From positions 20,029 to 84,028 of the IMG/VR virus record IMGVR_UViG_3300049043_000244: a stretch of 64,000 nucleotides of DNA, one strand, 5' to 3'. The notes under the pieces are model-generated. The model was not told the DNA's origin and ran no database searches. It worked only from the letters and a program-made list of their open reading frames with translations. The position numbers and the translations under genes are program-made. This stretch comes from a virus. Of the stretch, positions 24,344 through 35,938 are shown in pieces (positions within the stretch are counted from its first letter, which is position 1; each line of letters opens with the position of its first letter).

Positions 24344-24580
24344 TTAAATTAATGAAAGAACTCTAAGATAGTCAATAGTATCTTTACACCCACCAATATG
24401 TTTATCATCCATCACAACCTGCGGAAATGTAGATCCATTACCAAATTCTGAATAAAATTCTTTTTTAGTAAAATGTTCATCAAGAGTATAAACAACATAG
24501 TCCTTTCCACACAGTTCAAGGACTTTTTTTACTTTATAACAATATGGACAATCTTGTTTTGAATAAACAGTGAACTTCAT
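24344..24580 (-). CDS. nrdC: glutaredoxin
   Basis: CPYC active site, TFPQV, IGG. Confidence 0.9.
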   Translation of the reverse strand: MKFTVYSKQDCPYCYKVKKVLELCGKDYVVYTLDEHFTKKEFYSEFGNGSTFPQVVMDDKHIGGCKDTIDYLRVLSLI

Positions 24581-25323
24581 TTCATTTGTGATATTTTGTA
24601 ATATTTAGAACTGTGAGCTCAGAAATAATACACCAAAATTAATATTATGTCAATATATACTATTCATCCAATGGATACCAGTTCTCCAAGTTTTTGTATC
24701 GGGGGTGTCACATTTTAGATTCCAAGAACGAACTAAAAGTTCCGTGAACAATTCCATTTTTTCTGGGCAGACAGACGCTGGATTATCATTGATTGCATTT
24801 TAAGAGCTGCCAATTCTTTCCATTCTAAATCCGTAAGTTGTTCAGTCTTTGGTTGTGAGTAACTCATTAGGTCTCCTGCGATTGTGTTCAAATTCTAACA
24901 CAATCTTATGTCATTATCTATAAACTTAATAATCTCTTTGGGATTACGTTACATTACTTAATGAACTTATCTAATGCATCAAGATCATCTCGAAGTTCTT
25001 TTTCTTTTTTGATCATGGTAATAAGACCACAGAGCATTATGAACGTCCATAAGGTGATCTACCCAGAAACCAGAGGGATAAATTCCAGAGCATCTTGAAG
25101 ACCACGATGGCTGGTTCCTTCTTCTTCTCCCTACACATAATGTAGCAGATTGCCTGAATCATATCAAGTTTATCTTCTTCAGAAAGCATAAAATACTTTC
25201 CTACTGCTCTCTCCTTTGCCTCTTCATTTGACTTCTGAAGTTGTTTGTAAGCATCTGAATCCCACCACTCTTGTAGTGCATTTACCAAGATTATTTGGTT
25301 TTTGTAGTTCTTCTGGATTTATC

Positions 25324-25808
25324 ACTGGTTGATTTTCATCCATAATGATACTGTCTCCATTCTTCAACATTGGTTCGTTTCGAGATCAAAAATTATTTTG
25401 TTTAGTGGGGCTTTTGGTTTTCGCATTAATTTCATTCCCGTATGTTCCAAAAGCGTATTCCTTTTTGGTGTTACAAGAACTACATGCAACTACTAGATTT
25501 TCCCAAGAATCATCTCCACCCCGAGAGCGAGGAACTATATGATCTATAGTCAATTTAGATCTAGCTCCACAATACTGGCAAGTATTATTATCTCGTTTGT
25601 AAATCATTGAACGAGATGGAGAAATGTCCATTATTTTAGATAATGGCAATTTCACATAGTCTAGGAGTCGTATCACTCTACTTGAAAGCACTTAACTTTT
25701 CTTTGAGGAGAAGAACAATAACTCTTTCCAGTTTGTAAAATTGATTGGTTCATAACTAGAATTTAAAACCAATACCGTTTTATGTGGTTCTATTGGTAAC
25801 TCATGCAT
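25324..25808 (-). CDS. HNH endonuclease (McrA-like)
   Basis: [10 protein letters not shown]...[37 protein letters not shown]. Confidence 0.9.
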
Positions 25809-26984
25809 GACCTTTTATAGGACTATCATTAACTATCTAGTCAAGTTCCAAACGGACCCCAACGACCCCTTTTACCATCCTCATCACCATTCATTCTGCA
25901 CTTCAAGTTTATCAAGAATAGAATCCGTTGTCATTACAGATTCAATACGATCTCGATAAGCATCTGCAATCACGCTTACCAAACCATCGGGCGTTCTTGA
26001 CGAGCAGCATACGCAAGTGCGTTGCGAAGAGCTTTGTTCTGACTTCTTTAAAGATTCTTCAACAGATTGTGATAGTACAGTTAATTTAAGTAGTAATTTT
26101 TGATCGGATTTGTTGGAATTCTTCCACAATTTCCAGAATTCTTCTAGATGTTTTCTTTCCTCTTCTTCATTCCAACTGGGTTGAGAAACACTTAAAAGAT
26201 AATGATAAATTTCATCTGAAATTGCATCTATAAGTTTATCGTAATTAGTCATTTTTTTGCATTGTATAAAAAATTGTGGTAACGAAAGAACCTCTGTATT
26301 TTCTAGATCCTTACAACGAGGATAATAAAATCCAGTCACTATAACAAGCATCTTCTGGGTCTTGTTTATCATATTTTAACACATAGTTCTGGTAGTTGTC
26401 TAAAATTACAGAGTTCTCCTTGCATCTTGATGAAGTTATCAACGCATAGTCTACTTACAAACAGCAATCCCGCGAGAAACAGTAACCGAAGTCAGCATCA
26501 ACACCCATACATTCCAAGTGGTTCAGTTACCTTCTGGGGGTAAGCAGAACCATCACCTTGATCCACCCATTACATGTGACCTTCTATCAATTTACAGCTA
26601 ATGATCAGGGATGATACACAATAACATTTCATCAGGTAATCTTTGACTTCAACGACAGATAAGAACCCACTTCTACCCTGTATCCACCCATTCAATCATA
26701 TCACCTTCTTTCAGATTTGGCTACAGTCTTACCAATCATCGGGAGACTGATACGCACATATACATCTTCAGTCGAGTTGGATCATTTCATCTTGTGGAAC
26801 CCATTCTACAGCGACAGAAGCCATTTTCGACTTTCCCCGTTTATATTCTTCTGGATAATAATTCTCTTCCCAGAAAGTCATTCCAAGATTTTTGACACTC
26901 TGAAGATGGATCATCTTTATCGCAAAGAGAAACTTCCAGTTGAAGTGTATTGATGTTCTGTATCACCATCCACGCATACATCAC

Positions 26985-27210
26985 CTACAGATCTCTACAC
27001 TTCCAAGCATCCTTGAACTTTTCATCAAACTCTGCAAGGTAATACTGAAGGAATTCATCAACTGCATTAAGAAGATGTTCTACCTTTTCATGTTTGTGTT
27101 CTTGGTGTGCATCAATCGCACAATCCAAGATTTCACGGGCAGAACAAATCTTTGAAGTCACTGTTTCCAGTTCATTCATCGTGTTCCATACATTTTGATA
27201 CTTAACAGGC
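26985..27210 (-). CDS. hypothetical protein
   Basis: Helical ORF MNELETVTSKICSAREILD... Confidence 0.5.
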
Positions 27211-27399
27211 ATAATTAAAACCAAGAACCTTTCAATGATTTGTGTGATTGTTTCATTCCTTATAGAGTTTTTTAATCTCCGTATAGGCATCTTCAGGAAC
27301 TCATCTTACCACCGATTCCATCTTCGTCAAGTAGGAGACGTGATGTGAGAAGTTATTGAGATTGTTGATTGTTGCAATATCCAGAAAACTCATATTTGC

Positions 27400-27689
27400 A
27401 TCTGGATTGATTGGAGGCATTGGATACAAAAACTCTTCTTTTAGCTGTTTTTGGGTGTTGTCATTTATCCAAAGAGAATTGACTCATAGTATAGGGTTCT
27501 GCAGGATGTCAATACGAGCAGTCCAGTGCCTACATTTTCCATCAGTTCATAGATGAGATTTGTGTTTTCTATATTTTCTTCTTCCAGTCTTTTAATATCT
27601 TCCAGAGCACCTTGATATTTCTCTTGAAGTTCTTCGATTAAATCAAGAAGATTTTGATCGCTTCCATATTTTTGATACTCAACTGGCAT
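27400..27689 (-). CDS. coiled-coil hypothetical protein, paralog of 38024-38260
   Basis: LQEKYQGALEDIKRLEEENIENTNLIYELMEN; 3' end approximate. Confidence 0.55.
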
Positions 27690-27854
27690 CTTCACAATTT
27701 TCAAGTGACACTCAATTATACACTTAACTTCATCATCTGTCAAGCCATTCATCCATGACCACCTTTCGTCTTTTGGATCCCACTCAAAAGCAAAAGAACC
27801 ATCTGGATTTTGAATAATGTTTAAGCCAGATTCATGTATTTTTGTTTTTTTCAT

Positions 27855-29394
27855 TTATTTACTAAGTAATTGATGAGTTTTTTCAAACCAAAGATAATCT
27901 CAGATGTGAATTATTTAGAGTGTTAAGTGCATCCTACCGGAGTTTCCACTAGAGGTTGGTCTACTGACAAATTAAAACTGGTGTTTAAAAGTATTCCATA
28001 CCCAGACAATTTTTTAAACTTCAGACAAAGCTCATGTAAATAACCATCTATTTTCGATATCGTTTGAATTCTACATGTATTGTCGATGTGAGTTATTCCA
28101 GGTAACATTTTAACATACTTTTCTGTTACTGGGAAACATATTGTCATATGTGGACTCGATTCAATTCTACCCATATCAAAGTAAATATTAGCATCCTCTT
28201 CCAATACTACACAAGCAAAAGGTCTATACCATTCCCTTTTTTAATTTGATTTACAATTTCTTTTGCATCTTGGATTTAGTGCATTAAAAAGGATGGAACG
28301 ATTTCCAAGTGCTTCTTTGACCAGCTTCTGCAAGACCACTATAAACTGCAACCGACTTATTTTGATTTAATAACTTGGCAACATCTTGCACAGATAACAT
28401 AATTCCTTTATACGAAGAAACGTCGTAATTGAATCCATGAAAGAAAGTTGTTTCAATCGAATTGGGAGATTTTCCAGTCAATTCAATATAAGAATTAATT
28501 GCAGCACCTATACTTACTCCATTATCATTACATAGTGGTTCAAAATAAAACTCTATATCAGGAAATCTTTGCAAGTAATAGTAATTTGCAACGATATTCA
28601 TACCGTAACCACCAGAGATACATACTTTTTTAATTCCTGTTTTTTCTATCGAGTCTTGTATTAAATCGCCAATTGATTTTTGTGTTTGTTGTTGGACTTC
28701 ATAACAAAAGTCGGCATATAGTTGATAATTATCAACTTTTACCTTTTCAATGGGTTTTATATTTGGATTTTGTTTGTAAAAGTAAATTTTGAAACAATTC
28801 ATTTGAAGATCCATAAGATGATAGTCCCATTGCTTTTCCACAATCATCTGGGGTGTTTCCAATTAATACTCAAAGCCATATCATACAATCCACCCACCCC
28901 AACTTTACCCAAGGAAAATCAAAAGATGAAAATGATTCTACAGCGTTTTTATAAATCAATGTATTTTTTTGACGATTAAATACAAAAACACTCTCCACTT
29001 CCACCAAGTTATCTTTTATTTCCGATCCAGACCCATCAGCTACGATGACCAAACTCTCATCAAATTTACTATTGCAAAAAGCGAGAGAAGCATGATTTAA
29101 ATGATGATCTTGTTGTAATACTAACTTTACATTTGAATTATATTTTTTACATTCTTCAAAAATTGTCGTTATAAACTTATCTCCCTGGGGAGGGTTAAAA
29201 TTAGATACACAAATTATATCAAGAGATTCTTCTAACTCACTACAAATTTGTTTTATTAGATGTAAAATTGAATTTTTGTCGTAATCATGCTTTTTTCTAG
29301 TAAATCTTTCAATTAAAAAATATTTTTTTACACTACCATTCTCCAGAACACATATCGAAGAATTATGCCCCAGATGAACACTTAATATTACCAT
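27855..29394 (-). CDS. O-carbamoyltransferase (CmcH/NodU/TobZ family), frameshifted
   Basis: HNSS..., IERFTRKKH, HHLNHA, VADGSG, SGGYGMN, DNGVSIG, THIDNTCRIQT, LLNTSFN. Confidence 0.9.
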
Positions 29395-30249
29395 TTTTCC
29401 AAAAATTCTTTTATATCCTTGAGAGGCATTTTCATAATCATTTCTTTATCATTTGGTTTATCATAAGTGAAGAAATCTTCCAATAAAAATTTATAATGAT
29501 GATTTTTCCACCACTCTTCTATTAGTCTACTACAAATTACATCCATAGGATACATTTTATTATTGTTGATAAGATTGTCTCCGTTTAGACTCGTATTAAG
29601 ACTGAAAAGAGGTATTGAATACGTAATTCCAATATCAAATAAATTTGCATCATGCAGCTATTTCTACTTTACTGTGTTTCATATGATATGAATTATCCCT
29701 AAAAGTTAATCTATATTTACCATCACGATACAATAAGTCTTTCAGTTTTTTGGCATATGAACGATTGATTAAGTATGCAGCTCCAGATCCAGACAATTTT
29801 CTTCGTTTATGTAAAAACATGGGAATAGATAATCCATCTTCAGAATATGCACTACAAAAATAAAGTTGAATACATTCCCAATTTTCTGGTAAGTTATTCT
29901 CAAAATAAGTCCAATCAAAATTCCAATACTTTATATCTAACTAATGATAGATCATCTTCCATCATTAAACATGTTTCAGATGGATGAGTATCGTACCAAT
30001 TTATAATGGTTTCTATATTATTCAGTGCAACCGACATTACCGATAAGGATTCCAAAATTTCCTTTTCCACCACTACATCTTTCCACTCATCGTACTTGGA
30101 AACATGATACTTAGAAGCATTAACTCTATGGTAATTTGTTATGCCCAATAATTAAATTGGGATTCCATCGATCCTCTTCTATCAGTCCTATGTTCTAGAT
30201 TGATATAATATATTGGAGGAAGACCTTTGAGTTTATTTTCTAAGTCCAT
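29388..30249 (-). CDS. GT25-like glycosyltransferase (paralog 4), frameshifted
   Basis: LKGLPPIYIINLEHR.DR...CLMMEDDL...WECIQL...GAAYLINRSYA. Confidence 0.75.
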
Positions 30250-31213
30250 TATTCTCTTTCAAGATCCAATGTAACACAGTGAAAACAACCACTTAAAGTT
30301 CTTGAATATCTCATAGGAAGCATTACACACTCTATTCCATGTTTTTCCAGTTCTTTTCGAGTAGGTTCTTGTCTTTCCTCTAAAGCAACTAAATTTGGAT
30401 TCACACTAAAAAGATTCATGTTACACCATTCTGAGGCATGGTTGTAACCTGGAAAATAACCAATATCCACGGGTTCTGGACACCAAACCACATCCCAGTT
30501 CCTAAAAGGTTCTGGAAGAACATCAACAGACTTAATTCTTCCCGGATTTAACAACATTAAACCTTCACGAAGAAATGCAATCGTGGTATCAATGTGCATA
30601 TAACTATAAACACCCTCAAGAAGATGTACTTTTGCACGATCTCCAAGCATTTCTTGCAGTAAATCGAACTCCTGCAATATTTCCACTATTCGATACAAGA
30701 TACAAAATATCATCATTTGCACGAATGATATTGACTGCATCAAAAGCAGGAGTAATCTCAGGTCAATGCAAGAGTATCTTTGTCTCCTACACAATTCTCA
30801 TTGTAAAGTTCTTCCTGATGTTTGCAAGGAACAATGATAGTAGTGTTTAAACGATCAATTAGAGGTTTCCATGCATCTTTTCTGCACTCCAAAGGCATTG
30901 GAGTTGCAATAGTAAGATCCTTATGAGTAAAAATTACATCTCTGGGACAAAAATTGTAATAATCGGTAGGAGTTCTCTTTGGTCTTACAACTTCTACACC
31001 TTCACCCAACAGAAATTTAACAAAATTCTCTAAATCCTCGTTGGCTTCGTCTATAACCTGTTGGGGATACAATCCTACGGGAACATCGGAAATATCACTT
31101 CTGTCTGCATAATTGATTGTACGAACACTCAGATCAACTTCAGGAACTCTTGCATAATCTGCAACACCTACGATTACCTTTTTTAATTTATCCCACTCAT
31201 TCTGACTTTTCAT
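30249..31213 (-). CDS. amidinotransferase, StrB1 (inosamine-phosphate) type; one frameshift
   Basis: NEWDKLKKVIVG, CPRD, FDAVNIIR..DILYLVSNSGN, HIDT, SRTLSGCFHCVTLDL (Asp/His/Cys triad motifs). Confidence 0.9.
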
Positions 31214-31710
31214 TTCAAAACCCCAGTAACTTGAATCGCATATCGGTCTTTCATACTAAAGTTATAAAATGCATGTATTTCGTCATACTTCCAATAAAAA
31301 CAATCTCCACTCTCCAAGTACAGTGTGCAGTATCTTTAATTTGCAAAATTTGTCCCGGAGAACTATCCTCCAACATAACCATACATCTCATCACTTTATC
31401 AGAATCTACATCATTTATTTCCACATACTTACCATATAAATCCGTGTGAAGAGGCAAATATTGACCAGGTTTAAAATAGTTTACTGCACACGCAACTTTA
31501 TCCCAAAAATCAAAGTGAGGAATAATATGTTCATCCACACATTTGGGCATAGGGTTGGGTAACTGGTACTTATAAATCGAGAGTTTTTCCTTATTATGAC
31601 CTGAATTTAGATATTGATTCACCAACTCCTCATCTTTATGAGTTGCTAAAAATATAGTCAAGATCATAAAAATCTACAATATTCCAATTAGGTTTGATAT
31701 GACTAATCAT
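31210..31710 (-). CDS. 2OG-Fe(II) oxygenase/cupin
   Basis: PGQYLPLHTD (HxD)...distal IHAFYN...R after correcting indels. Confidence 0.7.
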
Positions 31711-32294
31711 TTAAATACTGACATCTGTGTTAAATCGGGGTAATCCCTGTGGCTCCATTTTTACCAGGAGTTTTTTTCCGCTCATTTCAGTAATTCAATA
31801 CCGGTTTTGGCCACCTCGGGAGTCATGTAATAATGATACCCCATAGTAGTTATGTCCTGTTCAGCCCATGGACGACTGGGATCACGACCATCATATGACA
31901 TTTTTTTAAGTGTATCATAATCCTCTTTATTTTGCAACAAGATCGCACCACCTCTTCCGAGATTCAAATGTTTCTTAAACTGAAAACTTAAACACATGAA
32001 TGTTCCAGGAATATATGTGTTCTCACCCCAAAGAACGGCAGCATCAATGATATTTGTACCTCCCAAATAGTAGTAATCCGACCACTCTTCTTCTCTCCAA
32101 CTCCATTCCAACTTAAGTTTCATACAAGTCATTGGAACTGAAACATAAGTCCTCTTAGGAATTGTAATATAATCTTCGTGAGTGTATCTCAGACAAAGTT
32201 CAAGTGCATGAGTACACGAATCAGTAGCCATTGCATGTGGAGCTCCAAAAAACTCTGCAATTTGAGATTCAAACTCAGTAACGTACTCAAACAT
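31707..32294 (-). CDS. short DegT/DnrJ/EryC1/StrS-family PLP aminotransferase
   Basis: FESQIAEFFGA..AMATDSCTHAL, IIDAA, CLSFQFKKHLNLGRGGAIL, GYHYYM. Confidence 0.85.
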
Positions 32295-33150
32295 CTTCAA
32301 ATTCTCCTGGTAAAATTATTCTATCATTTGACTTGCCATAAGTAAAGAAGTCTTCCAAAGTATATTGGTCTCGGAGTTCTTTCCACCATTTTTTGCAGTT
32401 TATAAGAGAATGCTAGGTCTGTCCTCTCCTCTTTTCTACAAACATTTTGAGCCAACTACCAAGACTTGCATTTACAGAAAATAATGGTATACAATATGTT
32501 TTGCCATTATGTCCAAGAAAATAATCGGTGGTAAAATTTGGCATTCCCAACCCCTCATATTTACCAATTGCTTGACTAGACCATTTATAGTTACAAATTT
32601 TTTGAGAAAGGTCAAACTTACCATCTTTATAGTGAAGACTTATTATTTTTTCTGCATATCTTCTATTGATCAAAGAAGCACCAGTATCATGTCCATACAT
32701 AATTGGATGCAAAAAACAGGGACAACATTCTTCATTCTCAAAAGTCATTTGAATACAGTCCCAATCGTATGGAATGTGATTCATTAGATATTCCCAATCA
32801 AAATGCCAATAATCAATAAAACTAAGATCGTAATCATCTTCCATGATGATAACATATGGATCATTGGTTGTTTCTAACCAATTTTTAATGTTAATTAGAT
32901 GAGAAAGAGTGATAGAAATTTCAGCAATATGAAAGTTTCTTCTATGATAGTCTTCAAATGAATTTAAAATAACCAGATCTTTCCACTCTTCATATGTTGA
33001 AAGTTGATACTTCGACCCCGATACTTTGGTGTAATTTTTAATTCCCCAATAATCGTATTGAATTTCAGTATATTCTTGTTTATCAGGCCTCTCATCAATT
33101 GTTGCTAAAATGATAGGAGGAAGTCCCTTCAGTTTATCTCTCAAATTCAT
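32287..33150 (-). CDS. GT25-like glycosyltransferase (paralog 3)
   Basis: LKGLPPI...LSHL..IK.W...IMEDD...WDCIQM...LINRRYA. Confidence 0.75.
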
Positions 33151-33958
33151 GATGTACTTCTATAATTAATTCTTTTTGTTTTATTGAATTTAAATAAAAA
33201 ATATCATCCAAAGTATAATTTTGACATTTATTTTTCCACCAATCAAAAACTAAAAGATCACAATTTTTAGCCATGTGATTTATTTTTCCATTTCTAAATC
33301 CATCACTTATAAAATTATAATTAGTGGTAAAAATTGGAATTGAATATGTTATTCCTACTTGATATAAAACAAAATCTACAGACTGATAGTGATATTCTGG
33401 CCAATTTTCTGTATATCCATAATTAGAATACAATTTAAATTGATTATTTGTGTAATGAAGTTTGATTAATTTTTGTGCATAAGATCTGTTAATGAGTATA
33501 CAACCCGTAGAATGGTTATTCCGAGTCCATTTAGACAAATTCATTTTAATAAATTGTTCTCCAATAATGTGGAGTTGTACGCACTCCCAATTACATGGCA
33601 AATGATCAATGAATGTTGGCCAATCAAAATTCCAATACTTAACAGTGTCTAAGGAAATATCATCTTCAACTATTAGACAAGTTTCAGAGACATTAGAGTC
33701 ATACCAATCAATTATACCATGAATTCTATCAACTAAGGTAGCGAGAAACCACACTTGAGTTCTAAGTTTGTCGATTAAAACTTCCGATTTCCAATCATCG
33801 TAGTTATCCACAGAATATCTAGAAGAATCAACTCTATGATAATTTGTTATACCATGATTCAAAAATTGTGTTTCAAGATATTCTCTACGATCTGTTCTAT
33901 GATTTAGATTAAAATAATAGATTGGAGGAAGTCCATCTAATTTGGAATTAATTATCAT
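33134..33958 (-). CDS. GT25-like glycosyltransferase (paralog 2)
   Basis: LPPIYYFNLNHRTDRR...IVEDD...WECVQL...LINRSYA. Confidence 0.8.
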   Translation of the reverse strand: MIINSKLDGLPPIYYFNLNHRTDRREYLETQFLNHGITNYHRVDSSRYSVDNYDDWKSEVLIDKLRTQVWFLATLVDRIHGIIDWYDSNVSETCLIVEDDISLDTVKYWNFDWPTFIDHLPCNWECVQLHIIGEQFIKMNLSKWTRNNHSTGCILINRSYAQKLIKLHYTNNQFKLYSNYGYTENWPEYHYQSVDFVLYQVGITYSIPIFTTNYNFISDGFRNGKINHMAKNCDLLVFDWWKNKCQNYTLDDIFYLNSIKQKELIIEVHHEFER

Positions 33959-34749
33959 TGGAAATTTACCCTTTCGACCATTTCATAATCATTTTTCTTT
34001 CCATAAGAAAAAAAGTCTTCTAAAGAAAAATTATCTCTTTTATTTTGCCACCAATCATAGTATATATCTCTACAAATAAAATGATGTTCTTTTGGAACTT
34101 TGTCCAAATGTGGATTTTGAGTTATTAAAGGTAGTTGATATGTAACTCCCAAAAAACAAATAAAAGTGTCCAATGAAACTACTCGATGTCCTTTGTTAAG
34201 TGGATATGCACCATACTTACGAACCAATAAGTATTTTTCTTTTATATAATGCAAATTAATTAACTTTTGAGCAAAATGTCTATTAATTAAAATTGGCCCA
34301 TAAGCACTTGTTTTGTCTTTAGGATGAAGAAAAAACCGAATATATTTTGTAGATTCAAATCCCAATTGAATGCAATCCCAATCATAAGGAATGTTTTTGA
34401 TTAAATATTCCCAATCAAAATGCCAATATTCGATTAGATCCAAATCGTAATCGTCTTCAAATAAAATTAAGTGTTTCTCATCAGTGGTTTCTAACCAATA
34501 ACGAATCATTTCAAGAGTAGAGAGTGATCGAGCCGCAAGTCGATGACTCTCTTCAACAATTATTTGAGGGTAGTGCAATATTTCTTTCCAGTCGTCATAA
34601 TTTTCTACCAAATAATTTGATCCAGAAAATCTTGTTACGTTGGTCAAATTCCATTTTTCAAATTGTTTCTCCATGTATTTTCTTCTATCTACGTCAAAAT
34701 CTAGATTCAGATAGTAGATACTTGGAATTCCTTTGAGTTTATTAGACAT
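33955..34749 (-). CDS. GT25-like glycosyltransferase (paralog 1)
   Basis: IYYLNLDFDVDRRKYM...LFEDD...WDCIQLG...LINRHFA. Confidence 0.8.
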   Translation of the reverse strand: MSNKLKGIPSIYYLNLDFDVDRRKYMEKQFEKWNLTNVTRFSGSNYLVENYDDWKEILHYPQIIVEESHRLAARSLSTLEMIRYWLETTDEKHLILFEDDYDLDLIEYWHFDWEYLIKNIPYDWDCIQLGFESTKYIRFFLHPKDKTSAYGPILINRHFAQKLINLHYIKEKYLLVRKYGAYPLNKGHRVVSLDTFICFLGVTYQLPLITQNPHLDKVPKEHHFICRDIYYDWWQNKRDNFSLEDFFSYGKKNDYEMVERVNFQ

Positions 34750-35914
34750 ACCATGTAATAATTGAATATCGTGTCCCAGAGGTTACAGGCATGATTTCAT
34801 GTGGATACATGAAGTTAGATGGAAACATGATAATAGATCCTTTCGATCCACTTATTATAATTTCTCGATCGAAAAATGCGAACTCACCGCCTTCGTAATC
34901 ATCATTTAAAAGAAAAGAACAACTTACAGATCTTTGTTGATTTTTAAATGAATCGGTATGTTGTACATAAAACTGGCCCTCTCTATATCTCAACAAACCA
35001 TATCCAGTATCAATTTCTGAGCTGACATTGGGAAATAATTTTCGATATTCATTTATCGACTCTGAGGCACAAACATAGAAATCTTCATCTATTTTTTTTC
35101 TAACATCAAAATTTTTTTCAAGAACCACACTTTCAGAGATGTTGATGGTATCACAATTTCTAATTTCATGGTTAAGATTTCCAGATCCTACCGTGGTTGG
35201 AGACCAAAAACTACAGTCTCGATACTCTTCAATAATTCTATTGCACAATTCCTCTGAAACAACATTATCTAATGTAAAAATATAATCTTCTAAAGATTTT
35301 TTACTTCTTGGTGAAGTTGTTTTTGTTTCAGTAATGATCTGTTTAATATCAGTATTGTCAGTTATAGGTTTCTCCGTCTCATTTAGTTTATCAAAATATG
35401 TATAAGAACAATCTCCCCGACTTCTGACATAGTGTAAAAAGACCTGAGTATAATTTTTTCCCTGGTAGGGCCCTCTCCAATGAACTGCATTCCTACCCAA
35501 GTAAATCATGGCATCACCAGGATTCAATTTAACGCAACGTTTCTCTCCAGACGGAGTTTCTATCCATATAGGCCAACTAGAATCTCCATCTAGATGTAAA
35601 GTTACTGATATTTCACAAGCATCTCTATCGGTATGAGCCAATAGTTCACTTCCATTTTTATATACTCTGGAATAAACATAAGTTGGTAAAACAGTTTCTT
35701 CGATTAAAGAAGAAATTTCTGGAGTTTTTTCACAAAGTAATTCCAAAAATGAAATATAATTATAAGTAGAATAAGAATTTGGAGCCTGTGAATCTCCATC
35801 TACATTATTTTTTTCACAATGACTTAAAAACTCTGCGGAAAGATCTATGGATCTTTCTTTTGAAATAAAATTTGGCAGTATGATATAATTATTTTCAATT
35901 AATTGTTTGTTCAT
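34742..35914 (-). CDS. double-domain 2OG-Fe(II) oxygenase (prolyl-hydroxylase-like)
   Basis: Domain 1 HTDRDACEISVT...HWR; domain 2 HTD...YEGGEF...FPSNFMYPHEIMPVTSGTRYSIITW. Confidence 0.9.
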   Translation of the reverse strand: MNKQLIENNYIILPNFISKERSIDLSAEFLSHCEKNNVDGDSQAPNSYSTYNYISFLELLCEKTPEISSLIEETVLPTYVYSRVYKNGSELLAHTDRDACEISVTLHLDGDSSWPIWIETPSGEKRCVKLNPGDAMIYLGRNAVHWRGPYQGKNYTQVFLHYVRSRGDCSYTYFDKLNETEKPITDNTDIKQIITETKTTSPRSKKSLEDYIFTLDNVVSEELCNRIIEEYRDCSFWSPTTVGSGNLNHEIRNCDTINISESVVLEKNFDVRKKIDEDFYVCASESINEYRKLFPNVSSEIDTGYGLLRYREGQFYVQHTDSFKNQQRSVSCSFLLNDDYEGGEFAFFDREIIISGSKGSIIMFPSNFMYPHEIMPVTSGTRYSIITWYV

Positions 35915-35938
35915 ATTATATAAATCAATAACTTATTA

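Noticed and set aside
27855-35914. Saxitoxin or cylindrospermopsin toxin cluster (amidinotransferase + carbamoyltransferase + dioxygenases)
   Set aside because: No PKS/NRPS (SxtA, CyrB), the amidinotransferase looks StrB1-like and the context is glycosyltransferases.
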